DNA of 64,000 bases, from assembly GCA_964016885.1 (NCBI GenBank), contig OZ024761.1, positions 22,258,001 to 22,322,000 of the forward strand, in the 5' to 3' direction. The position numbers were made by a program, and so were the translations under genes. This DNA is from Eledone cirrhosa (Eukaryota). Each line of letters begins with the position of its first letter. Position 1 is the first letter of the stretch. Below are positions 15,240 to 30,214 of this stretch, in pieces. The notes under the pieces are model-generated. The model ran no database searches, was not told where the DNA came from, and saw only the letters and a list, made by a program, of their open reading frames with translations.

Positions 15240-15544
15240 CATACATTGTGTGTGTGTGCTTTAGCCCTTTATATGCCAACTAAGGGACTTCTAGATAATG
15301 TTTTCAGCCAAAAATCGAACGAGATCGTTAATCGAACGAGATCGCTAATCGAACGATGAGTCAAACACAGTATCCCTGCCGATGTCCTCCTACAATTGTA
15401 CCATTATTACAATATCAAATCCCGCCAAGGTTAACTTTGCCTTTCATCCTGACGGGGTCGATAAAATAAAGTACCAGTAATGTACTGAGGTAATTGCTGG
15501 CCTTGTGCCTAAAGTAGAAACAATTATTATATTATCAATACATC

Positions 15545-16110
15545 GTGTGTTGATGGTGTTTAAGTATTTTACCCCCAACAACAACAATATCTGGTTGTTT
15601 CACTGCAACAGGAAGAAGGTTTATTAAACACGAGGACACCTCGGGCGGCGACATTTCTGCTCCTTTCCCCACACCCTGGATGTTGCAGTAATGGTGAGGG
15701 TCGCCGCATCCGGGGCTGAACGGAATTAATATTACCGGTGTGTGACGTTTGAGACTTTTATAGGGAGCTGTGCCGCTGACAACGAATTTCTTGTCATTGT
15801 TGACAGTTCGTCTGATACTCCTGGTGAGGGTGCTTGCTTATTCCAGCTTCTTAGACACGCTATCACCTAGCCTTACCGACGTATTGGGTGATGTTCCCGA
15901 TGAGGGTGCTTGGTTGTTTCAGCTTCTTAGACACGCTATCACATAGCCTTACCGACGTATTGGGTGATGTTCCCGATGAGGGTGCTTGGTTGTTTCAGCT
16001 TCTTAGACACGCTATCACATAGCCTTACCGACATATTGGGTAACGCTCCTGGTGAGGGTGCTTGGTTATTCCAGCTTCTTAGACACGCTATCATCCTTGC
16101 AATGCTACCA
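15545..16110 (-). mobile_element. Solo-LTR-like element with 76-bp U3-like tandem repeats
   Basis: On the minus strand: about 3.5 copies of a 76-bp repeat (15822-16090), then TATAAAA (15756-15762), a GC-rich R-like segment and AATAAA (15620-15625). Exact termini and TSD not resolved. Confidence 0.5.
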
Positions 16111-16542
16111 GTGTGTTGGCATGCCTCAAAAATTTAATTTATATATATATATATATATATAGTCAGGTTCGGTCTATAATAGGTCGTTCCTCGAGCTGAT
16201 CGACAGTGAAACATATGTAATGTTATTAAATATGTTATGATGCAACACTGAATCCTTGTTCCTTTATTCTTATACTATATATATATATATTGTGTTTATC
16301 AATAGAGAAACTTCAAGAAGGGCGCTGGACCTCAGTTGGTTTCGACGATGATCGTTCTAGTTATACGGACAACAGAACAGCCAGCTTGTGGAATTAACTT
16401 CTAGCCTTTAACGAGTCCATCTTATATTATAGAATAAATAAATGGCTGAGTATTCCACAGACAAAGTTGACACAACACATTTTTAACCAGCTGAGTGGAC
16501 TGAAGCAATGTGGAATAAAGTGTCTTGCTCAAGGACACAACA

Positions 16543-16745
16543 CAGATCTGTCAACTCTCCTCCGCCGACGGGGGAGATCTCCCACCCACTTTGGGGGTAA
16601 GTGAGAGATGTTTTCTCTTGTGAAAATGGGTACAGCTTTCATTATGTAAAAATCTCCCTATTTGGCCTCATTTCTTCCAGATTTGGGGCACCGTTTTTTT
16701 TTTCATGGTACTCCCCGTTTGGGTGTTTAGAGGTTGGCAGGTCTG
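16543..16745. mobile_element. MITE inserted into a SINE
   Basis: Imperfect TIR cagatctgtcaac / gttggcaggtctg with ACA on both flanks. It interrupts a minus-strand SINE (16475-16815). Confidence 0.5.
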
Positions 16746-16961
16746 ACAAGGTGCCTCGGAATCGAACCCACGACCTGACAGTCGTGAGCCCAACACTCTA
16801 ACCACTAATCCACACACTTTTCTCAGAACCATGAAACAATAGCACTAAATACACAGGAACTGGCAATTACTATTGGAAGTGATAAAGTGAATTCCTCAGT
16901 GAGGACGTGTGTGTGTGTATGCATTGGACGTGTCTCTTTGCGTACAACGTGTTTCTATATG

Positions 16962-16994
<33 letters not shown>

Positions 16995-17934
16995 AAGTGT
17001 ATTTATATATGTGTGTAAGTGTATTTATGTGTGTGTAAGTTTATTTATATATGTGTGTAAGTGTATTTATGTGTGTAAGTGTATTTATATATGTGTGTAA
17101 GTGTATTTATGTGTGTGTCAGTGTATTTATATATGTGTGTCAGTGTATTTATGTGTGTGTATGTGTATCTCTGTATGCGTATGCTTCTGAATGCGTTCGT
17201 GTGTGCATGGCTAGATGATACAGTGAGATAGAGAGATAGAGAGAGATGATACAGTTAGATAGAGAGATAGATTGTAGTAAAGATAGAGAGGGGGGGGGGG
17301 AGAAGGCGAGACAGGAGGTGAAAAGAAGAAGAAGAGAGAAAGAAAGAAAGTGTGACGAAGGAGCGAGAGGGTGTCGGCGGTGGTGGAGGGGTTGTTGTTA
17401 AAATGACTGTACTGTCATTATTGCGAGTGATGCACTATTAAAAGAAATGAAGGAAGTTAGCTGAGGCATTATTTCGGATGTTAAGCCGGGAAGAATTGGA
17501 GGGAGGCTGTGAACTAACGAGAATTGTCTCACAGACATTCCCTACACCTCCCACCCAACAACAGGGTGTAAGTTACGTATTTAACCCCCCCCCCTCACCC
17601 TTTACATCTGGCTGGCCTCTTGTGGGTGTGGGTGTGTGACAGTGTGTGTGTGTGTGTGTGTGACGGTGTGTGAAAGTCTGTATGGGTGTTTGTTTATATG
17701 ATGGTGTGTGATGTATCTGTGTGTGTGTGTGACAGTATGTGTGTGTGTGTGTGTGACGGTGTGTGTGTGTGACGGTGTGTGAAAGTCTGTGTATGGGTGT
17801 TTGTTTATATGATGGTGTGTGATGTATCTGTGTGTGTGTGTGCCATGTATGTGTTTGCATGATGTTGTGTGATCATGTGTGTGTGTGTTTGTGTGATGGT
17901 GATAGCGTATATGTGTAATGCTTTTAGTACGTGT

Positions 17935-20900
17935 GTGTGTGTGTGTATCTGTATGTGATAGTGTGCCTCTGTGTGTGTGTGTATCTATGTGATAGTGTGC
18001 CTCTGTGTGTGTGTGTATCTATGTGATAGTGTGCCTCTGTGTGTGTGTATCTGTATGTGATAGTGTGCCTCTGTGTGTGTGTATCTATGTGATAGTGTGT
18101 CTCTGTGTGTGTGTATCTATGTGATAGTGTGCCTCTGTGTGTGTGTATCTATGTGATAGTGTGCCTCTGTGTGTGTGTGTATCTATGTGATAGTGTGCCT
18201 CTGTGTGTGTGTATCTATGTGATAGTGTGCCTCTGTGTGTGTGTATCTGTATGTGATAGTGTGCCTCTGTGTGTGTGTATCAGTATGTGATAGTGTGCCT
18301 CTGTGTGTGTGTATCTATGTGATAGTGTGCCTCTGTGTGTGTGTATCAGTATGTGATAGTGTGCCTCTGTGTGTGTGTATCTGTATGTGATAGTGTGCCT
18401 CTGTGTGTGTGTATCTATGTGATAGTGTGCCTCTGTGTGTGTGTATCTATGTGATAGTGTGCCTCTGTGTGTGTGTGTATCTATGTGATAGTGTGCCTCT
18501 GTGTGTGTGTATCTGTATGTGATAGTGTGCCTCTGTGTGTGTGTGTATCTATGTGATAGTGTGCCTCTGTGTGTGTGTATCTATGTGATAGTGTGCCTCT
18601 GTGTGTGTGTATCTGTATGTGATAGTGTGCCTCTGTGTGTGTGTATCTGTATGTGATAGTGTGCCTCTGTGTGTGTGTATCTGTATGTGATAGTGTGCCT
18701 CTGTGTGTGTGTATCTATGTGATAGTGTGCCTCTGTGTGTGTGTGTATCTATGTGATAGTGTGCCTCTGTGTGTGTGTGTATCTATGTGATAGTGTGCCT
18801 CTGTGTGTGTGTATCTGTATGTGATAGTGTGCCTCTGTGTGTGTGTGTATCTATGTGATAGTGTGCCTCTGTGTGTGTGTATCTGTATGTGATAGTGTGC
18901 CTCTGTGTGTGTGTATCTGTATGTGATAGTGTGCCTCTGTGTGTGTGTGTATCTATGTGATAGTGTGCCTCTGTGTGTGTGTGTATCTATGTGATAGTGT
19001 GCCTCTGTGTGTGTGTGTATCTATGTGATAGTGTGCCTCTGTGTGTGTGTGTATCTGTATGTGATAGTGTGCCTCTGTGTGTGTGTATCTGTATGTGATA
19101 GTGTGCCTCTGTGTGTGTGTATCTGTATGTGATAGTGTGCCTCTGTGTGTGTGTATCAGTATGTGATAGTGTGTCTCTGTGTGTGTGTATCTATGTGATA
19201 GTGTGTCTCTGTGTGTGTGTGTATCTGTATGTGATAGTGTGCCTCTGTGTGTGTGTGTATCTATGTGATAGTGTGTCTCTGTGTGTGTGTGTATCTATGT
19301 GATAGTGTGCCTCTGTGTGTGTGTGTATCTGTATGTGATAGTGTGCCTCTGTGTGTGTGTGTATCTATGTGATAGTGTGCCTCTGTGTGTGTGTATCTGT
19401 ATGTGATAGTGTGTCTCTGTGTGTGTGTGTATCTATGTGATAGTGTGCCTCTGTGTGTGTGTATCAGTATGTGATAGTGTGCCTCTGTGTGTGTGTATCT
19501 GTATGTGATAGTGTGCCTCTGTGTGTGTGTGTATCTGTATGTGATAGTGTGTCTCTGTGTGTGTGTATCAGTATGTGATAGTGTGCCTCTGTGTGTGTGT
19601 ATCTATGTGATAGTGTGCCTCTGTGTGTGTGTATCTATGTGATAGTGTGCCTCTGTGTGTGTGTATCTATGTGATAGTGTGCCTCTGTGTGTGTGTGTAT
19701 CTATGTGATAGTGTGCCTCTGTGTGTGTGTGTATCTATGTGATAGTGTGCCTCTGTGTGTGTGTGTATCTATGTGATAGTGTGCCTCTGTGTGTGTGTAT
19801 CAGTATGTGATAGTGTGCCTCTGTGTGTGTGTATCTATGTGATAGTGTGCCTCTGTGTGTGTGTATCTATGTGATAGTGTGCCTCTGTGTGTGTGTGTAT
19901 CTATGTGATAGTGTGCCTCTGTGTGTGTGTGTATCTATGTGATAGTGTGCCTCTGTGTGTGTGTGTATCTATGTGATAGTGTGCCTCTGTGTGTGTGTAT
20001 CAGTATGTGATAGTGTGCCTCTGTGTGTGTGTATCTGTATGTGATAGTGTGCCTCTGTGTGTGTGTATCTATGTGATAGTGTGCCTCTGTGTGTGTGTGT
20101 ATCTATGTGATAGTGTGCCTCTGTGTGTGTGTATCTATGTGATAGTGTGCCTCTGTGTGTGTGTATCTGTATGTGATAGTGTGTCTCTGTGTGTGTGTAT
20201 CTGTATGTGATAGTGTGCCTCTGTGTGTGTGTGTGTATCTATGTGATAGTGTGCCTCTGTGTGTGTGTGTATCAGTATGTGATAGTGTGCCTCTGTGTGT
20301 GTGTATCTATGTGATAGTGTGTCTCTGTGTGTGTGTATCTATGTGATAGTGTGCCTCTGTGTGTGTGTATCTATGTGATAGTGTGTCTCTGTGTGTGTGT
20401 ATCTATGTGATAGTGTGCCTCTGTGTGTGTGTATCTATGTGATAGTGTGTCTCTGTGTGTGTGTATCTATGTGATAGTGTGCCTCTGTGTGTGTGTATCT
20501 ATGTGATAGTGTGCCTCTGTGTGTGTGTATCTGTATGTGATAGTGTGCCTCTGTGTGTGTGTATCTATGTGATAGTGTGCCTCTGTGTGTGTGTATCTGT
20601 ATGTGATAGTGTGCCTCTGTGTGTGTGTATCTGTATGTGATAGTGTGCCTCTGTGTGTGTGTATCTGTATGTGATAGTGTGCCTCTGTGTGTGTGTATCT
20701 ATGTGATAGTGTGTCTCTGTGTGTGTGTGTATCTATGTGATAGTGTGCCTCTGTGTGTGTGTATCTGTATGTGATAGTGTGCCTCTGTGTGTGTGTATCT
20801 GTATGTGATAGTGTGCCTCTGTGTGTGTGTATCTGTATGTGATAGTGTGCCTCTGTGTGTGTGTATCTATGTGATAGTGTGCCTCTGTGTGTGTGTGTAT

Positions 20901-23900
20901 CTATGTGATAGTGTGCCTCTGTGTGTGTGTATCTGTATGTGATAGTGTGCCTCTGTGTGTGTGTATCTATGTGATAGTGTGCCTCTGTGTGTGTGTATCT
21001 ATGTGATAGTGTGCCTCTGTGTGTGTGTGTATCTATGTGATAGTGTGCCTCTGTGTGTGTGTATCTGTATGTGATAGTGTGCCTCTGTGTGTGTGTATCT
21101 GTATGTGATAGTGTGCCTCTGTGTGTGTGTATCTGTATGTGATAGTGTGTCTCTGTGTGTGTGTATCTGTATGTGATAGTGTGCCTCTGTGTGTGTGTAT
21201 CTGTATGTGATAGTGTGCCTCTGTGTGTGTGTGTATCAGTATGTGATAGTGTGTCTCTGTGTGTGTGTATCAGTATGTGATAGTGTGCCTCTGTGTGTGT
21301 GTATCTATGTGATAGTGTGCCTCTGTGTGTGTGTGTATCTATGTGATAGTGTGCCTCTGTGTGTGTGTATCTGTATGTGATAGTGTGCCTCTGTGTGTGT
21401 GTGTATCTATGTGATAGTGTGCCTCTGTGTGTGTGTATCTGTATGTGATAGTGTGCCTCTGTGTGTGTGTATCTGTATGTGATAGTGTGCCTCTGTGTGT
21501 GTGTGTATCTATGTGATAGTGTGCCTCTGTGTGTGTGTGTATCTATGTGATAGTGTGCCTCTGTGTGTGTGTATCTGTATGTGATAGTGTGTCTCTGTGT
21601 GTGTGTGTATCTATGTGATAGTGTGCCTCTGTGTGTGTGTATCTGTATGTGATAGTGTGCCTCTGTGTGTGTGTATCTGTATGTGATAGTGTGCCTCTGT
21701 GTGTGTGTATCTGTATGTGATAGTGTGCCTCTGTGTGTGTGTATCTGTATGTGATAGTGTGCCTCTGTGTGTGTGTGTATCTGTATGTGATAGTGTGCCT
21801 CTGTGTGTGTGTATCTGTATGTGATAGTGTGCCTCTGTGTGTGTGTATCTGTATGTGATAGTGTGCCTCTGTGTGTGTGTATCTGTATGTGATAGTGTGC
21901 CTCTGTGTGTGTGTGTATCTATGTGATAGTGTGCCTCTGTGTGTGTGTGTATCTATGTGATAGTGTGTCTCTGTGTGTGTGTATCTATGTGATAGTGTGT
22001 CTCTGTGTGTGTGTATCTATGTGATAGTGTGTCTCTGTGTGTGTGTGTATCTGTATGTGATAGTGTGCCTCTGTGTGTGTGTATCTGTATGTGATAGTGT
22101 GCCTCTGTGTGTGTGTATCTGTATGTGATAGTGTGCCTCTGTGTGTGTGTGTATCTATGTGATAGTGTGCCTCTGTGTGTGTGTGTATCTATGTGATAGT
22201 GTGTCTCTGTGTGTGTGTATCTATGTGATAGTGTGTCTCTGTGTGTGTGTATCTATGTGATAGTGTGTCTCTGTGTGTGTGTGTATCTGTATGTGATAGT
22301 GTGCCTCTGTGTGTGTGTATCTGTATGTGATAGTGTGCCTCTGTGTGTGTGTATCTGTATGTGATAGTGTGCCTCTGTGTGTGTGTGTATCTATGTGATA
22401 GTGTGCCTCTGTGTGTGTGTGTATCTATGTGATAGTGTGTCTCTGTGTGTGTGTATCTATGTGATAGTGTGTCTCTGTGTGTGTGTATCTATGTGATAGT
22501 GTGTCTCTGTGTGTGTGTGTATCTGTATGTGATAGTGTGCCTCTGTGTGTGTGTATCTGTATGTGATAGTGTGCCTCTGTGTGTGTGTGTATCTATGTGA
22601 TAGTGTGCCTCTGTGTGTGTGTATCTATGTGATAGTGTGTCTCTGTGTGTGTGTGTATCTATGTGATAGTGTGCCTCTGTGTGTGTGTATCTATGTGATA
22701 GTGTGTCTCTGTGTGTGTGTGTATCTATGTGATAGTGTGTCTCTGTGTGTGTGTGTATCTATGTGATAGTGTGTCTCTGTGTGTGTGTATCTATGTGATA
22801 GTGTGCCTCTGTGTGTGTGTGTATCTATGTGATAGTGTGCCTCTGTGTGTGTGTATCTGTATGTGATAGTGTGCCTCTGTGTGTGTGTGTATCTATGTGA
22901 TAGTGTGCCTCTGTGTGTGTGTATCTGTATGTGATAGTGTGTCTCTGTGTGTGTGTGTATCTATGTGATAGTGTGCCTCTGTGTGTGTGTATCTATGTGA
23001 TAGTGTGCCTCTGTGTGTGTGTGTATCTATGTGATAGTGTGCCTCTGTGTGTGTGTATCTGTATGTGATAGTGTGCCTCTGTGTGTGTGTGTATCTATGT
23101 GATAGTGTGCCTCTGTGTGTGTGTATCTGTATGTGATAGTGTGTCTCTGTGTGTGTGTATCTATGTGATAGTGTGCCTCTGTGTGTGTGTATCTATGTGA
23201 TAGTGTGCCTCTGTGTGTGTGTATCTGTATGTGATAGTGTGCCTCTGTGTGTGTGTATCTATGTGATAGTGTGCCTCTGTGTGTGTGTATCTGTATGTGA
23301 TAGTGTGCCTCTGTGTGTGTGTATCTATGTGATAGTGTGCCTCTGTGTGTGTGTGTATCTATGTGATAGTGTGCCTCTGTGTGTGTGTATCTGTATGTGA
23401 TAGTGTGCCTCTGTGTGTGTGTATCTATGTGATAGTGTGCCTCTGTGTGTGTGTGTATCTATGTGATAGTGTGCCTCTGTGTGTGTGTATCTGTATGTGA
23501 TAGTGTGCCTCTGTGTGTGTGTATCTATGTGATAGTGTGCCTCTGTGTGTGTGTGTATCTATGTGATAGTGTGCCTCTGTGTGTGTGTGTATCTATGTGA
23601 TAGTGTGCCTCTGTGTGTGTGTGTATCTATGTGATAGTGTGTCTCTGTGTGTGTGTATCTGTATGTGATAGTGTGCCTCTGTGTGTGTGTATCTGTATGT
23701 GATAGTGTGTCTCTGTGTGTGTGTATCTATGTGATAGTGTGCCTCTGTGTGTGTGTATCTGTATGTGATAGTGTGTCTCTGTGTGTGTGTGTATCTATGT
23801 GATAGTGTGCCTCTGTGTGTGTGTATCTGTATGTGATAGTGTGCCTCTGTGTGTGTGTGTATCTGTATGTGATAGTGTGCCTCTGTGTGTGTGTATCTGT

Positions 23901-24320
23901 ATGTGATAGTGTGCCTCTGTGTGTGTGTATCTGTATGTGATAGTGTGCCTCTGTGTGTGTGTATCTGTATGTGATAGTGTGCCTCTGTGTGTGTGTATCT
24001 ATGTGATAGTGTGCCTCTGTGTGTGTGTATCTATGTGATAGTGTGTCTCTGTGTGTGTGTATCTATGTGATAGTGTGTCTCTGTGTGTGTGTGTATCTAT
24101 GTGATAGTGTGCCTCTGTGTGTGTGTATCTGTATGTGATAGTGTGCCTCTGTGTGTGTGTATCTATGTGATAGTGTGCCTCTGTGTGTGTGTATCTATGT
24201 GATAGTGTGTCTCTGTGTGTGTGTATCTATGTGATAGTGTGTCTCTGTGTGTGTGTGTATCTATGTGATAGTGTGCCTCTGTGTGTGTGTATCAGTATGT
24301 GATAGTGTGTCTCTGTGTGT
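17935..24320. repeat. ~6.4-kb minisatellite, 30-34-bp variant units
   Basis: Unit gtgatagtgtg(c/t)ctct(gt)n atc(t/a)(gt)at repeated throughout. Confidence 0.98.
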
Positions 24321-25190
24321 TTTCATAATTATTTAAGTTGTAATTTTAAGTATTTTCACAAACGCTCAGGTCACTTAAGGCAAGTGTGTACGTCCGCGTG
24401 TGTGTCTTGTATAATTCTGTGTGTGTGTGTATATGTCTGTATATATGTGTAAATATCAGTGTGTGTATATGTCAATGTGTGTGTATATATGTCTGTGTGT
24501 ATATATATATATACATGTAAATATGTCTATGTGTGTGTATATATGTATATATATATGTGTGTGTAAATATATCTATGTGTGTATATATGTCTCTATGTGT
24601 GTGTGTATATGGGTGTATATATGCCTCTATTATGTGTGTGTATGTTACGAAACACTTTAAATACTTATGTTCTGTCGCCAGTTATTGTCCTGCTTCGTGA
24701 GTCCTGTTAAAACTACTTCAGCCACAGCTGGACCCACCCCACCAGGACAACTAATCATTAGGGTGGGGCAGTAGTGGTCATTGTGGGGTGGGGGTGATGG
24801 TAGTACCGGTCATTGTGGTAGAAGTCGCCGCGGTATGTTATTTTTACCTGGAGGGTCTGGAGTCACAGGCCATACAGACATATATATATATACACACACG
24901 TGTGTATATATATATGTAGACACACACACGTGTGTCTATATATATATGTAGACACACACACACGTGTGTGTGTGTGCCCAACACCGGAGTTTGTTAAATG
25001 TGAAGTAAGGGAGGTAACTACCATCTCACTACTTCGTTGTCTTTATAACAAGAATTGATATCGACTTCTAGGGTCTCGATATGATACCCTGGGGCTGTCG
25101 ATGTAATTACCCTGGGGTGGTCAAATGGGCTACGCTGGGGCAGTCGATGTGTCCATGAAGAAATATATTAATTTTATACTTGATATAGTA

Positions 25191-25225
<35 letters not shown>

Positions 25226-25397
25226 TGTGTATATCTATATAGCTCTGATGTAGACAGACTTGAAAATGAGTTCTCAATATTGACGTAGAGTTAAATAATA
25301 TACTTTATTGTGGTTAAGTGGTGAGTCTTGTTACTGTGGAGTTACACCTGTGTAGTTACAGAACTATTAGAGAAGGGCTGTTGTCTGATGGTCCTAT

Positions 25398-25655
25398 GAG
25401 TAACACTGGAGTAACACAGGTGAAACACTGGTGTAACACAGGTGAAACACTGGTGTAACACGAGTAACACAGGTGAAACACTGGAGTAACACAAGTGAAA
25501 CACTGGAGTAACACAGGTGAAACACAAGTGAAACGCTGGAGTAACACAGGTGAAACAAGTGAAACGCTGGAGTAACACAAGTGAAACACTGGAGTAACAC
25601 AGGTGTAACACTGGAGTAACACAGGTGTAACACAAGTGAAACACTGGAGTAACAA
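25398..25655. repeat. 10-bp-based degenerate minisatellite
   Basis: Mosaic of gtgaaacact / ggagtaacac / aggtgtaaca units. Confidence 0.85.
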
Positions 25656-26417
25656 GACTCAGAAGGATGAAAGGCAAAGTTGACCGTGGCAAGATTTCGA
25701 TTCAAATATGTAAAAAGCCAGAACAAATAGCACAATGGCATTTTATTCGATACTCTACCAGTTCTAGCACTTCAACACCTTAAATATTATGGGAATAGGG
25801 TTGGAAAGGACCCCTACAGTAGTGTCAAGGACATGACAACCTCCCTGGTGTTGGTGATCTACACAATAAACACACCTAGTACACTCTGTAAAGTGGTTGG
25901 TGATAAGAAGGGCATCCAGCTGTAGAAATCTTGCCAAACAAAGGGTCAAGAGGACCCTTCAGTTGTGTCAAAGACACGACAGCCTCTTCTGTACACCCAG
26001 TAGAACTTAAAATTGTAAATAAGTGAGACACAGACCCCTGACCTGTCTTGGAGATCAGTGACCCCTCTTCAGTATGGACTTGGTCCATATAGACCCATCA
26101 AACCCTGCTAGCAGAGAAAGTTAAAACGATGATGATGATGATGATTACAATACATTAAATATAATTTGTATAAAACAGTACAACATTTGCAGGGAGAACG
26201 GAGCTGTTGAAACAGCAGGAGCTCAGCCGTCGGGGTCTCAAATCCTTCATTAATCTACTCTACTACTCCAAGTATTGAGTACTCTGGTGAGTAATGGTCT
26301 AACTGGTTTTTACTGCATCCATTGTGTTGTTATTTCTGTTTACCTTTTAAATACATACATATATATATATATATATTGATATATATATATACACACATAT
26401 ATATATACATATATATA

Positions 26418-26526
26418 CATAGGGTGCCCCCAACCCCAAAATATATACACTCTTCAACAGCATTCTAATACATATTGCTTGTACAGGTAATCAAAGTGTG
26501 TTTACATTTTGGGGGAGACACCTGTA
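26418..26526. mobile_element. Degenerate Tc1/mariner-type MITE
   Basis: tagggtgccccc...aaaat / ttttgggggagacacctgta; related to the MITE at 59148-59243. Confidence 0.5.
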
Positions 26527-29500
26527 TATATATGTGTGTATATATATATACATATATATACACAATATTAGACAATAAGTAAAATAAATATAGTGTAACT
26601 CACCTCAAACACAACTTTCTTTTTGAATACCATCTTCAAAACTAGGTCCTGTTAAACACTCCACTGTTATCAGTCCCGGGTGTGTGTTTAAGATGTGCAC
26701 ATGTATATATGTATGTATATATATATAAATATATATGTATATGTATATATGTATGTATATATATATATATATATATATAAATATATATATGTATGTATGT
26801 ATATATATATTTATATATATATGTATCTATATATATATGTATGTATATATATATATGTATGTATATATATATAAATATATGTGTGTATGTGTATATATAT
26901 ATATATATAAAAATATATATATATGTATGTATGTGTATATATATATATATATATAAATATATATATATGTATGTATATATATATATAAATATATATATGT
27001 ATGTATATATATATATATATGTATGTATATATATATATAAATATATATATGTATGTATATATATATATATATGTATGTATATATATATAAATATATGTGT
27101 GTATGTGTGTATATATCTTCCTACCAACACACCAATCTGTGTTGAAAGATCATAAAATGTTTGAAGCTTTCTTTAAACCTATTTGAAGGACATGGAAAAT
27201 AATATCTTTGAAGACGTGTCTGGTGTTTCTCTCTTGTTATTTATAAAGCCATTGTATATACATACATACATATATATATATTATATATATATATATACAG
27301 TCCTATATGAGCGAGACACGGTCACCCGACCAACCTTGCCTCAAGTGGGACAACTCCCGTCTAACCCATGCTAGCGTGTAAGATAGACATTAAACGAAGA
27401 TGATGATGATGATGATATATATATATAAGTATGTATGTATATATATATATGTGTGTGTGTATATATGTATGAAGACTGGAGGAACTACAGATCAGGGTAG
27501 TAGTCATTGCATGTTAAGCTGCAGCATATATATATATAAGGTGCAGTAACTGAAACTGCTTTTCTTATTGTTGTTGCTGTTGTTGAACTCCAGATACACC
27601 CCTGTTCAATTGACTTATAATTATCAAAGTTACTTCAGTTTTCACAAATGAGGCAGTATTGTCCCCGGCATCCAAAACATTACACTGCATCTTTTATATT
27701 GAAGTGTATCATTGAGTGTATCCTTGCATTTTTAAGACAAGAGAGTAGAGGTAGACTTGAGGTAGATTTGGCTGTTATTTCCAAACAACCACATAGAATG
27801 TCATTCATCGAGTGTATCCTTCCACTCAAAACCCTTCATCGTTCACATTACTCTATATTTAGTATTATATTTTCACGGTAAAGGCCTTTACCTTACATAA
27901 TATCGAATCTATGAGATTTTGATATTATTTGTTTTGAGAACAATACCTTAACATCAGTATGAGTAGCCGGTATGAACAGAAAGAGGTGAGAGAATTCCAG
28001 CCAGATCTGGCCAGTTCAAATGCTAAAGGGTTAAGAGAACAGAGTGTAATTTGAGGTAGATTTGACTGTTATTTCCTGTCATATCAGACAACCACCTACA
28101 GACTCACTCATTCACTTCTCTGCATATATTTGTATGTTTGTTTGTTTTTCTCTCAATCAAAAAGCTAATATTTCACAGCGGGACACCAACTCTCACAATT
28201 GACATTTTTCCTTCGACATTCTAGTCCAACATTTTCAATATTTCATAGCCTCGCACTCTCAGTATTTTACCTTGTTTACCTGTAATAATAAAGTCAATTG
28301 AACTTTCAACATACCAAACCTTTTCTCTAAGATAAGAGGTGGGAGGGAAGTTCATGTTAAAATATTTTTTTCTTATTTTATCAAAAGAAAATTGTGTCAT
28401 ATGACATTTCTTAACATAGGAATGTCACCCCCACCCCTTCACTGTTTGGCTGTCTGTCTGTCACTCTTTATGTGTGTGTGTGTGCATTTACATATGTGTT
28501 TGTATATATATGTGTGTGTCTATGTATGTATTTAGTATCATCATCATCATTTAACGTCCATATTCCACGCTTGCATGGGTTTGGACGGGAGTTTTCCCAC
28601 TTGAGGCAAGAGTGGTTGTCTTGCTCGTATAGGACTGTCTGGTGGGTTTTCTACGGCTGGATGCCCTTCCTAACACCAACCACGTTTACAGTGTGGAACT
28701 GGGAGGTTTTTACTGTGTTACCTACACGGCCACATTACAGCGTGGACTGTGTGTTTTTTTGTCGTGACACCTACATGATTTAGTATATACATATATATGT
28801 ATGTAGTATATACATATATGTGTGTATGTGTGTGTCTATGTATGTAGTATATACATATATATGTGTGTGTGTCTATGTATGTATGTATATATATGTGTGT
28901 GTCTATGTATGTATGTAGTATATACATATATATGTATGTATATATATGTGTGTGTCTATGTATGTATGTAGTATATACATATATATGTATGTATATATAT
29001 GTGTGTGTCTGTATGTATGTATGTAGTATATACATATATATGTATGTATGCTTGCATGAGTTATATATATATATAGCTACACAGTAATGGCTGAGTGGTT
29101 AAGAAGTTCACACTGCAACCCAATGAGTGATTTTTCAGACAAGTGTCTGTATATAAGAACACATCTATCCTGCTGGAGTCCTAGGGGTCTCTTGGTCACA
29201 TTTAAACCTGGCAGAGCCCATAATAGGCTACCCCTAGTCACATTTAACCCTGGCACACCCCATCATAGGGTACCCTTAGTCACATACTAAGTGTCTTGGT
29301 CACATTTAAACCTGGCAGAGCTCATCATAGGCGTCCTTTATTCACATTTAAACCTGGCAGAATCCCCTTTCCAGGTCTGAACACACCTGATTTCTTCAAA
29401 AGAAGGATATATATATATATGTGTGTGTGTATATTAGAAGAAATGAGGAACTTTCGTTTACATACAAAAGATATTTATTGTGTATCGACCTGTTATACAC

Positions 29501-29690
29501 GTTTTGCAAAGTATTGGCTGAAGGTGACCCACAGGAGTTACGGACCTGCTCTTCAAACTGGCGATGTGACAAAAAAGTAGTGTTTGTGAGAGAATGGGTG
29601 CTTACATAAGCATCGGCCCCTTTTTTTTCTGGGCGTATGTAGGTATTGGAGTGTAACTAGTTACAATAGGTAATTAAGTATATATATACA

Positions 29691-29820
29691 TTGGGGGTGG
29701 TGAAAAGTTCCTGGCTTTGGGTAAAAGAAAATACAGGAAGATCAGTAAATTAAGATTTTATTCAACATATTCCCCTCTCAGAGTCACCCTTAAAGCCAGG
29801 AACTTTTCAACACCCTCTCG
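29691..29820. mobile_element. mariner-like non-autonomous element (MITE)
   Basis: TIRs ggtggtgaaaagttcctggcttt / aaagccaggaacttttcaacacc, ending in ctcg|TA. Confidence 0.75.
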
Positions 29821-30214
29821 TATATATCATCATTGTTTAACGTCTATTTTCCACACTAGCATGGGTTAGACGGGTTTGTCTCATTAGAGGCAAGTTGGGA
29901 CAGGTGACCATGTCTTGCTCCTATAGGACTGTTTCTGGCTAGATTTCTACAGCTGGATGCCCTTCCTAACGCCAACCACATTACAGTATATGCGGGGTGC
30001 TTTTTGTCATGTCACCTGCACGACCACTTTGCAGTGTGGTAGCACATCAAGTCGTTAGAAGGCTTTGCAGTTCTCTCAGTTCAATGTTACCTTTCATTTG
30101 GTACTGGGGTCAATTCTTCTTCAATATCTCTTTTTCTATAAGAAATCTACTGTATTCAGACCTGGAGAAGAGACGGGCTCTGGCAGGTTTAAGTGAAAAG
30201 CCCTAGATACGATG

